Shown one piece after another: positions 59,195 through 64,000 of a stretch of DNA of 64,000 nt. The notes under the pieces were generated by a model. It was not told the origin of the DNA and made no database searches. It saw nothing but the letters and a program-made list of their open reading frames with translations. The translations under genes and the position numbers were made by a program. Origin of the DNA: an uncultured Pseudomonadota bacterium (GTDB taxonomy: Bacteria > Pseudomonadota > Gammaproteobacteria > Ga0077536); assembly GCA_902597385.1 (NCBI GenBank), contig CACJXQ010000002.1, positions 20,413 to 84,412 of the forward strand, read 5' to 3'. Positions within the stretch are counted from its first letter, which is position 1; every line of letters starts with the position of its first letter.

Positions 59195-59822
59195 GAAAAG
59201 TATAGAAGAATTTTTTTCAAGACTCTCTAGAAGAAATCCTGACCCGAAAACGGAGCTAAAGTTTAGTAATAATTTTCAGCTCCTAGTAAGTGTAATACTT
59301 TCGGCACAGGCGACAGACATAAGTGTGAATAAAGCAACGGAAAAATTGTATGAAGTTGCACCTAACCCTTTTTTAATGTCTTTATTGTCAGTGGACGAAA
59401 TCTCCTCTTACATAAACACAATAGGGCTACACAAAAACAAAGCTGCTTTTATAAAGAAAACGACCGAGGAAATCCTAACCACATACGGAGGACTAGTCCC
59501 CAAAGAGCGAAGTCAGCTTGAGGCGTTGCCAGGGGTGGGCAGAAAAACTGCTAATGTAATTTTAAATATAGCTTTTGGTCAGGAAACCATTGCGGTAGAT
59601 ACGCATATTTTTAGAGTTGCAAATCGTACTTCTTTAGCTAAGGGTAAAACTCCAGCCGAAATAGAAAATGTTCTGAATAGGAAAACGCCATCAAAATATA
59701 AGAAAAACGCCCATAATTGGCTCCTTTTGCATGGACGTCATGTTTGTAAGTCAAGAAATCCCAATTGTTTAGACTGTCTCGTCTCTGACTTGTGCACATG
59801 GTGCGAGAAAGTGAAAAGCTAA
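59187..59822 (+). CDS. nth: endonuclease III
   Basis: 211 aa. LVSVILSAQATD, helix-hairpin-helix LPGVGRKTANV, catalytic D in AVDTH, and the C-terminal Cys cluster C-x6-C-x2-C-x5-C. Confidence 0.95.
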   Translation: MNKKSIEEFFSRLSRRNPDPKTELKFSNNFQLLVSVILSAQATDISVNKATEKLYEVAPNPFLMSLLSVDEISSYINTIGLHKNKAAFIKKTTEEILTTYGGLVPKERSQLEALPGVGRKTANVILNIAFGQETIAVDTHIFRVANRTSLAKGKTPAEIENVLNRKTPSKYKKNAHNWLLLHGRHVCKSRNPNCLDCLVSDLCTWCEKVKS

Positions 59823-59893
59823 TACTTTACTGTTTTCGTTCTTTATACTCAGTCCCTAGTTACGTAAACTAACGGCGTCATAGAGAAAAAACC

Positions 59894-62137
59894 ATGAATA
59901 AATTGAGATTGAAAATCATCAAAAACAAAGCCCGAATCGCTATAAGCGTGTTGGTTTTGTTGGTATTTTTGGGTCATGCTGCCGGAGAATTTAAAATTCC
60001 TTTGGTTGAGAGGCTGGAAAATATTACCTACGACGTTCGTGTTCGTATGAATGTAAGTTCTAAGAAAGATGATTCTGTGGTTATCATCGATATAGACGAA
60101 AAAAGCCTAACAGCAGAGGGCAGGTGGCCGTGGTCAAGAGACAAAGTGGCTCGCTTGGTATCGAGAAGCTTTGATACCTATAATGTCTCCTTGCTCGGCT
60201 TTGATGTGGTGTTTGCTGAACCTGATGAAAGTTCTGGATTAAGCGTATTAGAAAAATTAGCGGAAACTCAGTTTAAGGCCATCCCGTCTTTTTCGAACAG
60301 GCTCGCCGAACTACGTAGTACTCTTGATTATGATGAGGTTTTCGCCCAAACCATTAGCCAATATCCGGTAGTGCTCGGGCTGCATTTTAATGTAGAAGAA
60401 CATGGGTCTGATGCCGAACAGATAGGTGAATTGCCGGAACCAGTGATGAAAATTGGCACCTTAGAAAATAGTAGTGAACTTTTATTGGAAGCGAATGCTT
60501 TTAGCTCCAACTTGCCTAAATTTAATAGAGCGTCTTTGGGAGCCGGCCATTTTTCTCAACAACCGGATATAGATGGTGTAGTTAGGCGACAGCCTGCGTT
60601 GATTAGCGTTGGAGAAAATGTGTATCCATCCTTGGCTCTTGAGATTGTGAGAAATGCTCTAGGTGGAGGTGATATTAATCCTGTTTTCGAGAGTTCCAGC
60701 GAAGGAACTTATCGTTCGCTGGAATGGCTGAACGTGGGCGACGCGGCAATGATACCTGTTGATCATTTTGCAAGGGTGGTAGTGCCTTACAGAGGAATGC
60801 AGGGAAGTTTTGACTATGTTTCAGCCACGGATATTCTGCAGGGTACCGCGTCGAAGGAAACGCTAGAGAACAAAATCGTGCTAGTTGGAACTACTGCTCC
60901 TGGCCTATTTGATATGAGGGCTACTCCTGTTTCAGAGGTCTTCCCTGGCGTAGAGGTACACGCCAACTTAGTGGCTGGTATGTTGAAGGGGCTAACATTA
61001 CGTAAGCCAGAGTTTGTCAGAGGCTATGAAATTATTCTTCTAACGGTGAGTGGGCTAATAATGATAGCAGCAGGAACCTTTCTCAGCCCCTTTCACGCGA
61101 GCATTTTTGGCATATTAATGATCGGAAATACGCTTAGTTTGGCGTATCTCGGCTGGTCTGAAGGTCTTATTCTGCCGGTTGCATCGGGCCTTTTTATGAT
61201 AGTGACGATGTTTACGCTTCACATGTCCTATGGATACTTCGTTGAGACTAGGGGTAAAAAACTTCTCACAGGTTTATTTGGACAGTATGTGCCACCAGAA
61301 TTAGTGCAGGAGATGTCTGCCTCTCCTGAGAGCTATGATCTAAATGCTGAGAGCAAAGAGCTTACTGTTCTTTTTAGTGATGTCAGAGGTTTTACCAGTA
61401 TTTCGGAAGTACTATCACCAAAAGATCTAGCAGATTTAATGAATGATTATCTAACACCAATGACAGCGGTCATTCATCATGCTAAGGGAACGATCGATAA
61501 ATATATGGGTGATGCGATCATGGCGTTTTGGGGGGCACCCATATCGGACGAAGATCATGCAAGGCATGGGTTATATGCTGCGGTTGAAATGTTAGAGGAG
61601 TTGAAGAAAGTGAACTCTAATTTTAAGGCAAGGGGATGGCCGGTAATAGAAATCGGAATTGGTGTTCACTCAGGATTAATGAATGTAGGAAATATGGGCT
61701 CTGAGTTCAGGATGGCTTACACAGTTTTGGGTGATAACGTAAATCTGGGATCTCGTGTAGAGGGCTTGACGAAAATATATGGCGTAGATTTGCTCTGCAC
61801 TCAAAGTACCGCAGATTTAGTATCTGAATATTTTTATAGAGAAATAGATAAAGTGCGAGTTAAAGGTAAAGAAACTCCGGTCACCCTTTTTGAACCTTTC
61901 TACCCTAATCAAAAACAGCTGACTGAGAGTCAGGAGTGGGAGTTAAAATCTAATGCAATCGCTTTGAGTCACTATAGAGAGAGGCGTTGGGAAAAAGCCA
62001 TGGCGCTATTTTTGGAGTTGAAGAATAAGTCAGGAAAACCGGCTCGATACGAAATCTTTTTAGATAGACTTTCATTCTATGTTAATAACCCACCTCCAGA
62101 TAATTGGGACGGCGTATTCGACCACTTAACAAAGTGA
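59894..62137 (+). CDS. CHASE2 sensor domain-containing class III adenylate/guanylate cyclase
   Basis: 747 aa. An N-terminal TM segment is followed by a periplasmic CHASE2-like region (IIDIDEKSL...GRWPWSRD) and three TM segments. The cyclase core is LTVLFSDVRGFTSISE...KYMGDAIMAFWGAP...GDNVNLGSRVEG. Confidence 0.88.
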   Translation: MNKLRLKIIKNKARIAISVLVLLVFLGHAAGEFKIPLVERLENITYDVRVRMNVSSKKDDSVVIIDIDEKSLTAEGRWPWSRDKVARLVSRSFDTYNVSLLGFDVVFAEPDESSGLSVLEKLAETQFKAIPSFSNRLAELRSTLDYDEVFAQTISQYPVVLGLHFNVEEHGSDAEQIGELPEPVMKIGTLENSSELLLEANAFSSNLPKFNRASLGAGHFSQQPDIDGVVRRQPALISVGENVYPSLALEIVRNALGGGDINPVFESSSEGTYRSLEWLNVGDAAMIPVDHFARVVVPYRGMQGSFDYVSATDILQGTASKETLENKIVLVGTTAPGLFDMRATPVSEVFPGVEVHANLVAGMLKGLTLRKPEFVRGYEIILLTVSGLIMIAAGTFLSPFHASIFGILMIGNTLSLAYLGWSEGLILPVASGLFMIVTMFTLHMSYGYFVETRGKKLLTGLFGQYVPPELVQEMSASPESYDLNAESKELTVLFSDVRGFTSISEVLSPKDLADLMNDYLTPMTAVIHHAKGTIDKYMGDAIMAFWGAPISDEDHARHGLYAAVEMLEELKKVNSNFKARGWPVIEIGIGVHSGLMNVGNMGSEFRMAYTVLGDNVNLGSRVEGLTKIYGVDLLCTQSTADLVSEYFYREIDKVRVKGKETPVTLFEPFYPNQKQLTESQEWELKSNAIALSHYRERRWEKAMALFLELKNKSGKPARYEIFLDRLSFYVNNPPPDNWDGVFDHLTK

Positions 62138-62153
62138 TTTTGGACATTCTCTT

Positions 62154-62477
62154 TTAGCGCTCGAGTTGGCTAAACTTTTCAGGTTTATCCTTCCAGGTAT
62201 CTGCATCTTCTAGTGGGTCTTTCATTTCATTAATGACAGGCCATTTTAAGGACAGTTCTGCGTTTAGCTCAAGATAATGCTGCTCATCATCGGTTAAGTC
62301 ATCCTCTGATTTGATGGCTTCCGCTGGACATTCCGGCTCACAAAGTGTGCAGTCTATGCATTCATCAGGATCAATCACTAACATATTGGGGCCTTCATGA
62401 AAGCAATCTACTGGACATACCTCCACGCAGTCTGTGTACTTACACTTTATACAATTTTCGACAACTACAAATGTCAT
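62154..62477 (-). CDS. fdxA: 7Fe ferredoxin (Azotobacter FdxA type)
   Basis: 107 aa. [50 protein letters not shown]. It lies directly downstream of mutS, as in pseudomonads. Confidence 0.95.
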   Translation of the reverse strand: MTFVVVENCIKCKYTDCVEVCPVDCFHEGPNMLVIDPDECIDCTLCEPECPAEAIKSEDDLTDDEQHYLELNAELSLKWPVINEMKDPLEDADTWKDKPEKFSQLER

Positions 62478-62545
62478 CCTATTACCACTTGATGTTATTT
62501 GATAACATTATATCCTCAACAAAAAATAACTCCAAGTTTCTCATG

Positions 62546-64000
62546 TCAAGTAAGCTTGCTATGCAAGTCGCTAAGGAGTGTTGCCGCCTCTTCCTTCGAT
62601 ATATCGCCTAGCTTTAATCTTTTTATTTGCGAGATAACTTCATGTTCCACATCAGAAAAGGCGGAGGAGGTTGTTTTCTCGGAACCTGAATATCCATTTT
62701 TTTCCAGTTTCCTCAATATCCCCTTTGCGTTTTTTATGACTGTCAATGGTACTCCAGCTTTCTTAGCAACTGCGATCCCGAAGCTTTTATTTGTTGCGCC
62801 CCCTCTAACCTCGTGCAAAAAGGTGATATCGTCATCCTTTTCAATTGCGTCCAATCTCACATTTGAAATTGTGGGATATTCAATTGGCAAAGCTGTTAGC
62901 TCAAAGTAGTGGGTGGCGAAAAGACAAAAGCATTTGTTTATTTCAGCCAAATGTTGAGCGGTTGAGGTAGCAAGAGCTAAGCCGTCATGGGTGCTGGTGC
63001 CTCTGCCTATTTCATCAATAATCACCAAACTATTGGAGCTTGCATGATTAAGAATGTTAGCAGCCTCTTTCATTTCGACCATAAAAGTGCTTTCTCCTGC
63101 AGTTATGTTATCGGATGCACCAATCCTGGAGTAAATGGAATCAATTGGTCCAATCCGAGCAAGTGTTGCGGGGACGAAAGATCCGATATGGGCCATTAAT
63201 AAAATTATTGCAGTTTGCCTCATATACGTAGATTTGCCGCCCATATTTGGTCCGGTTATGAGGAGGATTTTTTTGTTTTTGCCTAGTTGTAAGCTGTTAG
63301 GTACAAAAGGCGTTTGGCAGTTGCGCTCAATTGTGGGGTGGCGACCATTTTCTATGTCTATACATTCAACGGATGTAAAAGTTGGCCTTACCCAATCAAA
63401 AGCCAAGGCTCTGTTAGCGAAATTAGATAAAACGTCAATTTTTCCAATAACCTTTGCTGTTTGAAGCATATTTTCAGAATGATGGTTTATGGAGCGAACA
63501 ATCTCTTCATAGATCTTTTTTTCGTGTGCAATAGCTTGTCTAGTTGACTGTAAAACGTCTAGCTCATGTTTTTTGAGATCTTCAGTGGTAAATCTCTCCG
63601 ATGCTTTTAAGGTTTGTATTCTTCGATATTCAGGCGGTGCAGTAAAGGCTTTGCTTTTGCTAACCTCTAGATAATATCCATGAACTCTATTAAAGCCTAT
63701 TTTTAGATTATTGACGCCGGTTCTGTTTCTCTCAGTATGTTCCATGGTAGATAAGATATTATTAGATTCTACAGCTTTGTTTCGTAGCTCATCCAGTACA
63801 TTATCGAAACCAGATGCAATTACACCGCCATCTTCTAAATTGTTTGAAGGCTCCGCAGAAACTGCCTTGTCGAGAATTTCTAAAAGTTCCTGGAAACTCA
63901 TAATCTGATTAGACAAATTCTTTAGATGTCCACTTTTGCTATCTAGTAGAAGGTTTTTTACTGAAGGTAAAATTGCGAGTGTATCCCGCAACCGCAATAG
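62546..64000 (-). CDS. mutS: DNA mismatch repair protein MutS (C-terminal ~484 aa; N-terminus lies beyond the window)
   Basis: Walker A LITGPNMGGKSTYMRQ, STFMVEM, DEIGRGTST and HYFELT. The ORF is open to the window edge. Confidence 0.95.
   Translation of the reverse strand, partial: LLRLRDTLAILPSVKNLLLDSKSGHLKNLSNQIMSFQELLEILDKAVSAEPSNNLEDGGVIASGFDNVLDELRNKAVESNNILSTMEHTERNRTGVNNLKIGFNRVHGYYLEVSKSKAFTAPPEYRRIQTLKASERFTTEDLKKHELDVLQSTRQAIAHEKKIYEEIVRSINHHSENMLQTAKVIGKIDVLSNFANRALAFDWVRPTFTSVECIDIENGRHPTIERNCQTPFVPNSLQLGKNKKILLITGPNMGGKSTYMRQTAIILLMAHIGSFVPATLARIGPIDSIYSRIGASDNITAGESTFMVEMKEAANILNHASSNSLVIIDEIGRGTSTHDGLALATSTAQHLAEINKCFCLFATHYFELTALPIEYPTISNVRLDAIEKDDDITFLHEVRGGATNKSFGIAVAKKAGVPLTVIKNAKGILRKLEKNGYSGSEKTTSSAFSDVEHEVISQIKRLKLGDISKEEAATLLSDLHSKLT

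Overview
Densely coded, AT-rich (by eye) chromosomal segment of a Gammaproteobacterium. The assignment rests on synteny typical of Pseudomonadales/Cellvibrionales-like genomes: mutS-fdxA, metG-rnfB-like-nth, lptD-surA-pdxA-rsmA, ubiK next to glnK-amtB, divergent ssb/uvrA, rplM-rpsI and coq7. I support 65 CDS, one sigma-54 promoter, three intrinsic terminators and a few short repeats. I found no rRNA, tRNA, CRISPR, transposase, integrase, phage or recognisable defence genes, and no classical helix-turn-helix transcription factor anywhere in the 64 kb, which fits a streamlined, probably marine, lineage. The left ~22 kb is accessory. It opens with a compact bactofilin / ParA-like ATPase / bactofilin operon and an HU-like gene. 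About 18 kb of redox, CoA-thioester and TRAP-uptake genes follow. These include a SnoaL + CaiB/BaiF CoA-transferase + SDR + sulfotransferase set and a crotonase-fold protein fused to a FimV-type C-terminal domain. The right ~42 kb is core housekeeping: ribosomal proteins, ubiquinone, DegP, ssb/uvrA, lgt-thyA-folA, two tandem glnK-amtB units, aroE, the lptD operon, mpl, ispG, metG, nth and mutS. The best candidate for an undescribed system is the bactofilin-sandwiched orphan ParA-like ATPase at 448-2232. The crotonase-FimV fusion and a cNMP-binding/rhodanese protein are secondary candidates. All functional calls come from motif recognition by eye, because no database search could be run.
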